From: Candidatus Hydrogenedentota bacterium
Lineage (GTDB): Bacteria > UBA8481 > J006
Direction: 5' to 3'
NCBI GenBank assembly: GCA_003697085.1
Contig: RFFU01000074.1
Coordinates: forward strand, 82,600-146,599
DNA length: 64,000 bases
How positions within the stretch are numbered: position 1 is the stretch's first letter; each line of letters begins with the position of its first letter. The position numbers and the translations under genes were made by a program. Positions 1 through 8,710 of this stretch are shown here, piece after piece. The notes beneath the pieces are model-generated. The model worked only from the letters and a program-made list of their open reading frames with translations, searched no databases and was not told the DNA's origin.

Positions 1-470
1 CGGTTTGGAAGGTTGTGAACGCGTTGTTGGGAGGGCGCAGTTCCTCGCGAATGTATATTCGGATCCGCCGGGAACGGGCCTTGGCGTATTCGGTCGGTTC
101 CTTCTTTCCCACACGCCGTCTCGGCTCTCACCTTGTGCTCTACGCCGCAACCCGACCGAAGGCCCTGGAAGAAGTTCGGACTCTTATGGATCATCTCTTC
201 GATAGGCCGCGTGAGGAGGAGGTGGCTCGGGCAAAGCGGCTTCTTCTCGGAGAATTCGATCTCGACCACGAACGCACCGAACGGCGGGTCTGGTATCGGG
301 GATGGTATGAGGCCTTGGGGAAGGGGTACCGTTTCGACACGGAATACCGCGAGAAGGTAAACGCGGTGACGGCCGATGATGTCGAACGTGTTTTGGAAAT
401 CTTGCGCCGAGAGAAACCGATCGAATATATTCTCGGGAAAATCGAGGAATCACGGAACGGAGAGCAATAG
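1..470 (+). CDS. C-terminal fragment of an M16-family (pitrilysin/insulinase-like) zinc peptidase; the 5' end lies outside the window
   Basis: The frame is open from base 3. A RERALAYSVGSF-type segment matches the conserved GLAYSV block of the M16 inactive/C-terminal domain. Stop is TAG at 468-470. Confidence 0.55.
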   Translation, partial: VWKVVNALLGGRSSSRMYIRIRRERALAYSVGSFFPTRRLGSHLVLYAATRPKALEEVRTLMDHLFDRPREEEVARAKRLLLGEFDLDHERTERRVWYRGWYEALGKGYRFDTEYREKVNAVTADDVERVLEILRREKPIEYILGKIEESRNGEQ

Positions 471-472
471 AG

Positions 473-1813
473 ATGAACGGGGAGCCGGGGAAGGCGAATG
501 CGGATTCGATGCGAAAGAGTATTGCTCCGGCGGGATGGAAAACGTTTCTCCGGAAATTCGCGGCTTGGTTTCTTCTCCTTTGCGTCCTTTATCTCCTTCG
601 CCATCTCTTTCCCGTGATCTTTCTGACCTTTATTCTCGGGTACATCGGCAATGGGATTGTCAAAAAAATCGAGCGCGTGATCCGGTATCGCCGGCTTTCC
701 TTGACCCTGATCTACTTTCTCTTTCTGGGATTGTTGATACTGATCGTCGGAACGGTTATTCCACGGATTTACGATGAAGCGCGAGCGCTGGCGCAACATT
801 ACATTACGGCTCCTTTGACCTCCTCAGCGGAGGCATCGGGACCTTCCGGAGATGTTACGGAGCCGCCTTCGACAATGCCGGAGCTTTCGATTCCAACGCC
901 TCCCCTCCTTTCCGCCGGAGGGAAAACCATTCCGGAAAGCGAGACCTTTGCGCTGGCGGAGTCGGTGGATACGAAGAGCCTTTCCCCGGAGGAGTGGGTC
1001 CTCGTCTCACGGGTCGGTGAGACATTGGACGAATACGGCCCGCGGATTCTTGGAGCGGAGGGCTACGCCAATTTCCGGAAATCCGAGGCCTTCAAACAGA
1101 TGCTGGGGAACGTCGAGGAGTGGTTATTGGCGCTCGTTCCGAAGATTGCGGAGAATGTCCGAGATTTCGCCAATGCGGTCTTAGGCCTGATCTTCCAGTT
1201 CTTTCTGGCGATTCTCTTCTCGTTCCTGATTCTGTGGGATCTCCAATGTCTCAAGGATATGGTTCGTGCGCTCGAACGCGGGCGGTTTTCCGGGTGGTAT
1301 GCCGAGGTGGCCCCGGGGATCGCCAGTTTCGCCGGAATGCTGGGACGCGCATTTGAGGCGCAATCGTTGATCGCCTTGGTAAACGCTCTTTTGACGACGG
1401 TGGGCTTCTTCTTCCTCGGGCTTCCTTCTCTCGAACTTCTCGCCGTCATCGTCTTTTTCTGCTCGTACGTTCCTGTTTTGGGAGTTATCCTTTCCACGCT
1501 TCCGGCCGTATTATTGGCGTTGAAGGTCGGGGGTGTGATGAAAGTGGTGTGGGTGATCGCAATCGTGCTGTTGGTGCACGCCGTCGAGGCGTACGGTCTC
1601 AATCCGCTTATTTACGGCCACCATATGCGGATGCATCCCGTCGTGGTTCTCGTTGTGCTCCTGATTGGAGAACATCTTTTCGGAATTTGGGGGCTTCTGT
1701 TGGCCGTTCCCGTGGCGGCGTGGATCGCGCAGTTGGTCACCGGAAATGGGGAGGAACGGGAACTTTTTGATGAGGGTGGAGGAGCGACCGAAGAAGCGGA
1801 GGGAGCCGGATGA
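473..1813 (+). CDS. AI-2E family transporter (UPF0118/PerM-like permease)
   Basis: Multi-TM protein of 446 aa. The C-terminal block NPLIYGHHMRMHPVVVLVVLLIGEHLFGIWGLLLAVPVAAWI is typical of AI-2E/YhhT-family permeases. Confidence 0.7.
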   Translation: MNGEPGKANADSMRKSIAPAGWKTFLRKFAAWFLLLCVLYLLRHLFPVIFLTFILGYIGNGIVKKIERVIRYRRLSLTLIYFLFLGLLILIVGTVIPRIYDEARALAQHYITAPLTSSAEASGPSGDVTEPPSTMPELSIPTPPLLSAGGKTIPESETFALAESVDTKSLSPEEWVLVSRVGETLDEYGPRILGAEGYANFRKSEAFKQMLGNVEEWLLALVPKIAENVRDFANAVLGLIFQFFLAILFSFLILWDLQCLKDMVRALERGRFSGWYAEVAPGIASFAGMLGRAFEAQSLIALVNALLTTVGFFFLGLPSLELLAVIVFFCSYVPVLGVILSTLPAVLLALKVGGVMKVVWVIAIVLLVHAVEAYGLNPLIYGHHMRMHPVVVLVVLLIGEHLFGIWGLLLAVPVAAWIAQLVTGNGEERELFDEGGGATEEAEGAG

Positions 1814-2208
1814 AGATCGATCTGGGAAAGCTCGAGAACCTGGCACGATTGATGGAGGAGAATGACCTCGTAGAGTTGGAGATCGAGGATGGCGAGACCA
1901 TGATGGCGTTGGAGCGGGAGGAGGGATCCGGCGCGTTGCGGCGGGGCGGCGCCCTCTCGGCGGGGATCGAGGAGGGGGACGGAAGCGTAACCGTGACATC
2001 GAGCCACGTGGGAGTCTTCACGCGTCACCGAAGCGCGGGGGAGAGCGTCGCGGCGGGAGATCTTCTCGGAGAAGTGAGAGTGATGGACGTGAAATATCGT
2101 GTTCTTTCGCCCGTGGCGGGAGTAATCGAGGAGGTTCTCGTGGAGGACGGGATCGGCGTCGAGTACGGTCAGGCGCTTTTTCGTATCACGCGGACGGAAC
2201 GGAATTAG
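1810..2208 (+). CDS. accB: biotin carboxyl carrier protein-like (AccB-like), with a non-canonical biotinylation motif
   Basis: 132 aa, directly upstream of accC and overlapping it by 4 nt. The C-terminal biotinyl/lipoyl-type hairpin GDLLGEVRVMDVKYRVLSPVAGVIEEVLVEDGIGVEYGQALFRI aligns with the AccB EAMKM region. The canonical AMKM is replaced by VMDVK. Confidence 0.6.
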   Translation: MKIDLGKLENLARLMEENDLVELEIEDGETMMALEREEGSGALRRGGALSAGIEEGDGSVTVTSSHVGVFTRHRSAGESVAAGDLLGEVRVMDVKYRVLSPVAGVIEEVLVEDGIGVEYGQALFRITRTERN

Positions 2209-2214
2209 AAACCG

Positions 2215-3558
2215 ATGTTTCGGAAGATTCTCGTGGCGAACCGCGGTGAGATTGCCGTGCGGATATTGCGGGCGTGCCGCGAACTGGGGATCGAGACGGT
2301 GGCGGTTCATTCCGACGTCGATGCCGATGCCTTTCACGTGAAGTTGGCCGACGAAAGTGTTTGCATCGGCCCCGCCGCGGTCCGCGAATCTTATTTGAAC
2401 ATTCCAGCAATTCTTTCCGCGGCGAAGATCACCGGTGCCGACGCCGTGCACCCGGGATACGGATTCCTGGCCGAGAACGACCGTTTCGCGGAGTTGACCG
2501 GTCACAGCGGCATCCGTTTCATCGGTCCGGCCGCCTCCGCCATTCGGACGATGGGAAACAAGAAAGAGGCGCGGAGGCACGTTGCTGCCGCCGGCGTGCC
2601 CGTCGTGCCCGGAATGGATATCTCTTCGGAGACGGATCCGAGGGAAGTGATCGAGAAGGTCGGCTTGCCGCTTATGATCAAGGCCGCCGCTGGCGGCGGC
2701 GGGAAGGGGATGCGGCTGGTGCGCGAGGCGGAAGACCTCCCGCGGGCCTTGTCCCGCGCCACGTCGGAGGCGATGGCGTCCTTCGGGAGTGGGGAAGTGT
2801 ATGCCGAACGGTATCTTGAGGGAGTGCATCACGTCGAGATTCAAGTTGCGGGGGATCGGTACGGGAATGTGATCCATCTGGGGGAGCGGGATTGTTCGAG
2901 TCAGCGGCGACACCAAAAACTCCTCGAGGAAGCCCCGTCCCCGGTCGTGACACCCGAACTGCGGCGCGCGATGGGGCAGGCGGCCGTCAGGGCGGCGCGC
3001 AGTGTCGATTACGATACCGTCGGGACCGTCGAGTTTCTTCTTCTTCCACCCGATGAATTCTACTTTCTCGAAATGAACACGCGGATTCAAGTCGAGCATT
3101 CGGTGACCGAGGAGTTGACGGGGGTCGATCTCGTCAAACTCCAGATCACGCTCGCCGCCGGAAACCGTCTCGAGATTCCCTCGTTCGACGAGATTCCGTC
3201 CCGTCACGTCCTGGAATGCCGCATCAATGCGGAAGATTATACGAAGGGATTTCTTCCGCGGGGGGGCACTATCCGGACTTTTCATCTCCCGGGCGGTCCC
3301 GGTATTCGGATCGATACGCACATCTATGCGGGCTATCGTATTCCGGTGAACTACGATTCCCTTTTGATGAAGATCATCGCGGTGGGGCATGATCGGAACG
3401 AGGCGATCGTGCGGATGCGCCGTGCCCTCGAGGAACTCGTCGTCGAAGGAGTTCCGACGACCGCTCCGTTTCACCTGCGCTTTTTGGAGGACGAAACGTT
3501 CCGGCAGGGCAAGGTCGATACCGGATACGTCGAGCGTTGGCTCGGGTCTATCCAATAA
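2215..3558 (+). CDS. accC: acetyl-CoA carboxylase biotin carboxylase subunit
   Basis: MFRKILVANRGEIAVRILRACRELGIETVAVHSD, an ATP-grasp glycine-rich loop, and the EMNTRIQVEHSVTE catalytic-region motif. Length is 447 aa. Confidence 0.95.
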   Translation: MFRKILVANRGEIAVRILRACRELGIETVAVHSDVDADAFHVKLADESVCIGPAAVRESYLNIPAILSAAKITGADAVHPGYGFLAENDRFAELTGHSGIRFIGPAASAIRTMGNKKEARRHVAAAGVPVVPGMDISSETDPREVIEKVGLPLMIKAAAGGGGKGMRLVREAEDLPRALSRATSEAMASFGSGEVYAERYLEGVHHVEIQVAGDRYGNVIHLGERDCSSQRRHQKLLEEAPSPVVTPELRRAMGQAAVRAARSVDYDTVGTVEFLLLPPDEFYFLEMNTRIQVEHSVTEELTGVDLVKLQITLAAGNRLEIPSFDEIPSRHVLECRINAEDYTKGFLPRGGTIRTFHLPGGPGIRIDTHIYAGYRIPVNYDSLLMKIIAVGHDRNEAIVRMRRALEELVVEGVPTTAPFHLRFLEDETFRQGKVDTGYVERWLGSIQ

Positions 3559-4223
3559 TCGCTCCCCGGGATGTCCGGGAGGCTCCGGAAGCCGTTCGAG
3601 AATTGCTTGACTTGAAGGTCCCGTTTCTCCAGATAAGGGGAGAGGAGCCGGCGGAGGTTTTGGCTGCGGCTCGAAGGATTCTGGAATGGCGGAAAGGATC
3701 GGGGCCGCGCCTCGTCATCAACGATTTTCTCGAGGTCGCGCAGGAGTTGGGAGCCGGACTTCACATCGGACAGGAGGACGGCGTCGATCCGAAAACGGCG
3801 AGGAAGCATTTGGGGCCCGAGGTGCCGTTGGGGTTCAGCACCCATTCGGTCGAGGAATTTCGGTCGGCGTTGAAAGAATACGGTTCGGTGCTCACGAGTC
3901 TTTCCCTTGGGCCGGTCTTCCCGACGCGTTCGAAACCGGACGCTCGTCCTCCTATCGGGATCGCACCGGTACGTGAGACGCGGAGAATGCTTGATCGTTT
4001 TTCCGGACCCGTTCCGGGGTTCCTTGTGGCGATCGGCGGAATCACATCCCACAACGCCGCCGATGTTTTCGCGGCGGGCGCCGATCTTGTTGCGGTCATC
4101 GGAGCCTTGCGGGACCACAGCGGTCTGCTTTCGAGGGATGTTCGAAAACGGATCGAGGAGTTTGAGGAGCGTGTTGGAGGAAAACTTCGTTCGATCACGA
4201 TCCGCTCCAGGACCGCCTCCTGA
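3537..4223 (+). CDS. thiE: thiamine-phosphate synthase (TMP-TENI family)
   Basis: 228 aa with the blocks LVINDFLEVAQELGAGLHIGQED, STHSVEEF, LGPVFPTRSK and VAIGGIT, characteristic of ThiE. It overlaps the end of accC. Confidence 0.7.
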   Translation: MARVYPIIAPRDVREAPEAVRELLDLKVPFLQIRGEEPAEVLAAARRILEWRKGSGPRLVINDFLEVAQELGAGLHIGQEDGVDPKTARKHLGPEVPLGFSTHSVEEFRSALKEYGSVLTSLSLGPVFPTRSKPDARPPIGIAPVRETRRMLDRFSGPVPGFLVAIGGITSHNAADVFAAGADLVAVIGALRDHSGLLSRDVRKRIEEFEERVGGKLRSITIRSRTAS

Positions 4224-4290
4224 AATCGCGGGGGAAAATCGGCTGTCGAAGAAGGCGAAATCCGTTAAGATGGATCCTTGGTGAACCGCA

Positions 4291-5472
4291 ATGACGGGAG
4301 AAAGAGTTTACGAAACGATCGTTATTGGAGGAGGTCCAGCGGGGGCGACGGCCGCGCGTCGACTGGCGCTGGCCGGCCGCCACACTCTTCTCATTGATGC
4401 AGCCCGCTTTCCACGCCCGAAAGCGTGTGGCGGAGGCCTTACAGGAAACGTGCAACGTTTTCTCGATTTTCCCATCGATTCCGTCGTCGAGAACGCCGTG
4501 ACGGAGACGCTCTGTATGTTTCGGGGGCGGAGGACGATTCTTCTCAAGCCCGTCGGGCTCAACGTCGCGATGGTGCGTCGAGACCTCTTCGACCATCTCC
4601 TCGTGAAAAAGGCTCTCGAAGCCGGCGCGAATCTCAAGGACGGCACGCGTGTCCGGCGGCTCGAGAGAAAGAACGACCGATGGAGAGTCGAAACGACGAA
4701 GGGAGCCTATGAGTCGCAGACGGTTATCGGGGCGGACGGCGCGGCGGGGCGGACGGGCGAAGCGGCGGGTTTGCGCCGGGAGAAACGCCTTGGAATCGCG
4801 CTCGACTGCGAGGTATCGGTTCCCCGCGAGCGGTTCGAGCGGTTCAAGAGGAGAGCGATATTCGATTTCGGCATCGTGCCTCGAGGGTACGGATGGTCGT
4901 TCCCCAAGGGAGATCGTTTCTCGATCGGTGTCGGAACGACGGAAAAGCATTTTCCGGAGGCGAGGGAGCACCTGAGGCTTTTGATCGCGCGGCACGAGTC
5001 GTTACGCGGCGCGAAGGTGTTGGATACCCGCGGCGCTCCGTTGCCGTTCTGGAAGGGGTTCGAACCTCTTGCGCGGCAAGGAGTTTTTCTTGTCGGAGAC
5101 GCGGCCGGGCTCGTCGATCCGCTTTCCGGCGAGGGGATCTCTTACGCGATCCGTTCCGGGATTTTGGCGGCGCGGTTCGTGGACGAAAAAATTTCGGGGG
5201 GGGCGAATGCGGAGGGGGGGTATACGGAAACCGTCGAGAAGGAGATTTCCCGGGGATTTGCCTTTGCGCTGAGGCTGGCGGAGATATTCTTCACGCATCC
5301 GCGGCTTTGTTATTTCATCGGAGTTCGTTCGATCAGCGTGAACAATGTCTTTGCACGGCTGATCTCCGGAGAAATCGATTACGCGCAACTCTACGAGGAA
5401 CTGGCGGCTTCGTTTCCCGGCCGCGTTTATCGCGCGCTCAAACCGGTTCTCAAGAGGTGGAAGGCAGCGTGA
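4291..5472 (+). CDS. geranylgeranyl reductase family FAD-dependent oxidoreductase
   Basis: N-terminal Rossmann fold YETIVIGGGPAGATAARRLALAG and the GG-reductase-type CGGGL motif. A GDAAG FAD-binding block is present. Confidence 0.8.
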   Translation: MTGERVYETIVIGGGPAGATAARRLALAGRHTLLIDAARFPRPKACGGGLTGNVQRFLDFPIDSVVENAVTETLCMFRGRRTILLKPVGLNVAMVRRDLFDHLLVKKALEAGANLKDGTRVRRLERKNDRWRVETTKGAYESQTVIGADGAAGRTGEAAGLRREKRLGIALDCEVSVPRERFERFKRRAIFDFGIVPRGYGWSFPKGDRFSIGVGTTEKHFPEAREHLRLLIARHESLRGAKVLDTRGAPLPFWKGFEPLARQGVFLVGDAAGLVDPLSGEGISYAIRSGILAARFVDEKISGGANAEGGYTETVEKEISRGFAFALRLAEIFFTHPRLCYFIGVRSISVNNVFARLISGEIDYAQLYEELAASFPGRVYRALKPVLKRWKAA

Positions 5473-5604
5473 GACCGGAACAGGTGGCGGTTCTCTTCCT
5501 CGTTCTGGCGGGTATCGCCGTGTTTCTCTTCTTTCTCTTCAATCAGGCATGGTTCGTTTCGGGAGCGCTCTTTTTCCTCGCCGGACTGATCGCTTTCGCG
5601 GCGA

Positions 5605-6030
5605 TTGGTTCGCGTCTGTCCTGACGAAATGACGGTTCCCGGTATCGATGTGTCCGACGCCGAGGCATGGCGGCGGCTTTATGCCGTTCCAACGGCCTTG
5701 CGCGTGGCGCTTATCGCTCAAGGAATATTGTTTCTGGTCTGGGGCCGGGCTTGGCGCCGCCGGCCTCCCTCCCCCGATTCCCTCATCGCGCTTCGGTTCC
5801 GTGTTTGCCGAGCGCTTCCGGAACTGCACGAGGCCGTTCATCGAAGGATGGGCAACTGGTTCCTTCTTCTTGGAATTTTTTTCCTGATCCCGTTTCCGAA
5901 TCTCGTCTGGACCTGGCGGGTTCAGATGCCGTTGATCGCGTTGGTGGGCGGCGCAGCGTTGTTGGAGACGTTACTCTGGGCGGAACGCAGAAAGAGAGAG
6001 GAGGAGAAAAAGCGTCTTAAGTCCTCCTAA
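5605..6030 (+). CDS. hypothetical small membrane protein
   Basis: 141-aa ORF with 3-4 hydrophobic segments and a Lys/Glu-rich tail. No recognisable family. A second possible 51-aa membrane ORF (GTG start near 5469) lies just upstream. Confidence 0.35.
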   Translation: MVRVCPDEMTVPGIDVSDAEAWRRLYAVPTALRVALIAQGILFLVWGRAWRRRPPSPDSLIALRFRVCRALPELHEAVHRRMGNWFLLLGIFFLIPFPNLVWTWRVQMPLIALVGGAALLETLLWAERRKREEEKKRLKSS

Positions 6031-6046
6031 CGGGAAAGGACGGCGA

Positions 6047-6868
6047 TTATGAGGAAGAAGGCGGCAGGGAGGAGGAGGTTTCGGCAGACGCGGTTTCTTC
6101 CGTGACGCCGCGCCTCCGCTGCCGAAGCGTCATCAGATGCCAGATAGGGCCGGAGATATAATAGAGGGTGCCGAGAACGAGCCACGTCTCGACGAACCGG
6201 TAGATGAGAAGGACGAAGACGAGCAGTACGAGCACCAGCGATCGAAAGGGCCGGGGCGTATCCGGGCGGAGAATTTTTCGGAGTGAGGGATAATCGATTG
6301 AACTCAGCATCAGGCAGGAGAAGAGGAAGAGGACGGTCACGACGACGCGGCGTTGCGGTTCATAGGAGAGGGAATCGAGCAGAAGCACGAAGCCGACGAT
6401 CATTCCCGCCGGAGCGGGTATCGGGGTTCCGCGGAAGTTGCGAGCGGCCTGCGGAGCGTCGAACGCGTTGTAGCGGGCCAGACGGAGCGCTCCGGCGACG
6501 ACGTAAAAGAGAGGAAAGATCCAGAAGGGATGGTTCCCGAGGTGAAACCGATAGATGACGAGAATCGCGGGAGCAACTCCGAAGGAGACGACGTCGGCGA
6601 GGGAGTCGATCTGTTTCCCGAAGGAGGAATCGTGTTTGATGAAGCGGGCCGTGGCCCCATCGAGAACGTCGGCGAACATTGCGGCGATGAGGAAGAGGCA
6701 AGCGGTTCGGAAATGTCCTTCAACGGAGAAGAGGATGGCGAGGAAGCCGCAGGAAAGGTTGGTTAGGGTCATCAGGGTCGGCACGAGGAAGATGCCGCGC
6801 CGTACTCGTTCGAGGCGTTCCCGGGAGCGGCGACTTCCGCGTCGCTTTCGCCGGAACGCCCGCGCCAT
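6047..6868 (-). CDS. pssA: CDP-diacylglycerol--serine O-phosphatidyltransferase (CDP-alcohol phosphatidyltransferase family)
   Basis: CDP-alcohol phosphatidyltransferase signature D-G-x2-A-R...G...D-x3-D, seen as FADVLDGATARF...GKQIDSLADVVSFGVAPA. Multiple TM segments. Confidence 0.85.
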   Translation of the reverse strand: MARAFRRKRRGSRRSRERLERVRRGIFLVPTLMTLTNLSCGFLAILFSVEGHFRTACLFLIAAMFADVLDGATARFIKHDSSFGKQIDSLADVVSFGVAPAILVIYRFHLGNHPFWIFPLFYVVAGALRLARYNAFDAPQAARNFRGTPIPAPAGMIVGFVLLLDSLSYEPQRRVVVTVLFLFSCLMLSSIDYPSLRKILRPDTPRPFRSLVLVLLVFVLLIYRFVETWLVLGTLYYISGPIWHLMTLRQRRRGVTEETASAETSSSLPPSSS

Positions 6869-6871
6869 CCG

Positions 6872-7624
6872 TTATTTCTCCGTCTTCGTGGTCTCTTCTT
6901 CGGAGGCCTTATCCTTTGCCCTTCCCGAGGCTTTCCGAGGAGCGCGGGTTCGCTTTCCCGCGCGTTTCCTGGGAACGGATTTCTTCGGCGGACTTTCCGC
7001 CAAAGCCGTGATTCCCGCCAGCGTTCGGTCGCCGATATCGACCATCAAGCGAAAATCACGGGGAAAATAGACATCGACCCGGGAACCGAAAAGGATGATT
7101 CCGAAACGTTCCCCTTGCCGCACAACATCCCCCGGCTCCGGCCGACAAACGATCTGGCGTGCGACGAGGCCGGCGACCTGACGCACCGCCGTCTTGAATT
7201 CCCCCTCGATTCCCAGCGTGGCGCGGCGGTTCTCCTCGGAGGCCCGATCGTCCCAAGCCGCCAGGAACGTTCCCTCGGAGCGCGACTTATGGATGACGGT
7301 ACCGTCCACGGGATTCCGATTCACATGGCAATCCGCGAGGCTCATAAAGATCGAGACGCGGCGCACGGGTTCGTTGAAGAATTCCGGTAGTTCGACTTCG
7401 TCGATTCGGATGATCTTACCGTCGGCCGGGGCCAAGACCCCGTTTTCGATTGGAATGATCATTCTGTCGGGATCCCGGAGGAACCATCCCAAGCCGGCGC
7501 TCAAAAGCGTGCCCAGCGTTCCAAGTCTGCGGAGGAAACGCGAGCCGGAGAGGAGGAAGACCAAGGACGCCACCGCGGTTCCAAAGACATAAGGCTGCCC
7601 TTCCCGGGCGATCGGGATTTTCAT
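6872..7624 (-). CDS. psd: phosphatidylserine decarboxylase proenzyme (short form)
   Basis: The GKIIRIDEV...HVNRNPVDGTV...FGSRVDVYFP blocks, including the GS-type self-cleavage region, match Psd. It sits 3 nt from pssA on the same strand, forming an operon. Confidence 0.8.
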   Translation of the reverse strand: MKIPIAREGQPYVFGTAVASLVFLLSGSRFLRRLGTLGTLLSAGLGWFLRDPDRMIIPIENGVLAPADGKIIRIDEVELPEFFNEPVRRVSIFMSLADCHVNRNPVDGTVIHKSRSEGTFLAAWDDRASEENRRATLGIEGEFKTAVRQVAGLVARQIVCRPEPGDVVRQGERFGIILFGSRVDVYFPRDFRLMVDIGDRTLAGITALAESPPKKSVPRKRAGKRTRAPRKASGRAKDKASEEETTKTEK

Positions 7625-7990
7625 CTTTCCTCGCTTTCCTCCCTGTCCGAACGGGATTTTTCCTGCTGTCGAACACTATATAGGACGACTATCTCGATGC
7701 AAGGAAAAAGGGGAAATGGAGAAAGGCGCAGTTTTGACTTGTAGGTAGGTTTGGACAGTCGCAAACGCCTTGGAACGGGTTCACGAGCCGTTGGAAATTC
7801 CCAGGGATGGACCTTGAGGTGTATGCCTCGGCGGGGTGGGACGGACGAGGGCATCCGCCCCCTCCACTGCTGATTCACCGATGGAGGTCCCGACGTCCTC
7901 GCCGGGATGAGCACGGAAGAGAAAAAGCGCGGTAGCGTCTTTTTCCGGCCCTACTCCTGCCTTCGCCCCCGTCCTTGATCCTTCTCCTTT

Positions 7991-8030
7991 TTGCCCTTGT
8001 GCTTGCCCTTGCCGCTGCCCTTGCCCTCCC
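7991..8030. repeat. degenerate hexanucleotide tandem repeat (GCCCTT-like, about 6 units) inside a 1.1-kb non-coding region
   Basis: The string tgcccttg tgcttg cccttg ccgctg cccttg ccctcc is visible directly in the sequence. Confidence 0.4.
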
Positions 8031-8710
8031 TGTTACGCTGGCCGGGTGACTACCTACAAAATAAAATCGCACCCGGGGAAGAGGACAAATTGTTGGCGGG
8101 ATGTTCAATTTCGTGAATAAGCCTTTTTCGGATCGGGTATCTTGTCCACAGGAGTGGTGCGCAGGTTCTCCACCCCTCGGATGCGAGGGCGGGCGAGGAC
8201 GCCCGGGCCTGGTGTCATTTCGAGGAGGGCGTGGACCGACACCTCCCCTGTCATTCCGAGAGAGGCGGCGCGGAGCGATGCCGAAGAGGAATCCCCAAAG
8301 ATCGTCAGCAACAACGTTATTTTCCCTCGCCCCGCCGGGGCCCCGCCTGCCGCGGCGCATCGCGGCGCAGGCAGGGAGGGCCGGGCTGATGAGGCGCCCC
8401 CGGCTGCAAGATACCTCGGGAAGGGATCCCCCACGGAGCCTATCCCGAGCGAATGCGAGGGATTCGAAATGACAAGAGAGACCCCGGCGGCGGTACCGAG
8501 GCATGCTCAGACGAGGGCGCGGAAAACGCGTGGCTTTTCCCGGAAGTGCAGGCATCTTGCCTGCAAGAACGGCTTCGTAAACGCTTCCCTTTCGGCAGCG
8601 TTCTTTCTTTCCCGTGACCGAGGGACCTAGTAGAGTCTGGGAAAGAAAAAGGAGCGTTTCGGCCTTCGGTATCGGCCGAGTCTTTTCGAGAAAGCAGGAA
8701 GGAGAGAGAA

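Noticed and set aside
1612-3555. 647-aa minus-strand ORF antisense to accC
   Set aside because: accC on the plus strand is unambiguous. The antisense translation is low-complexity.
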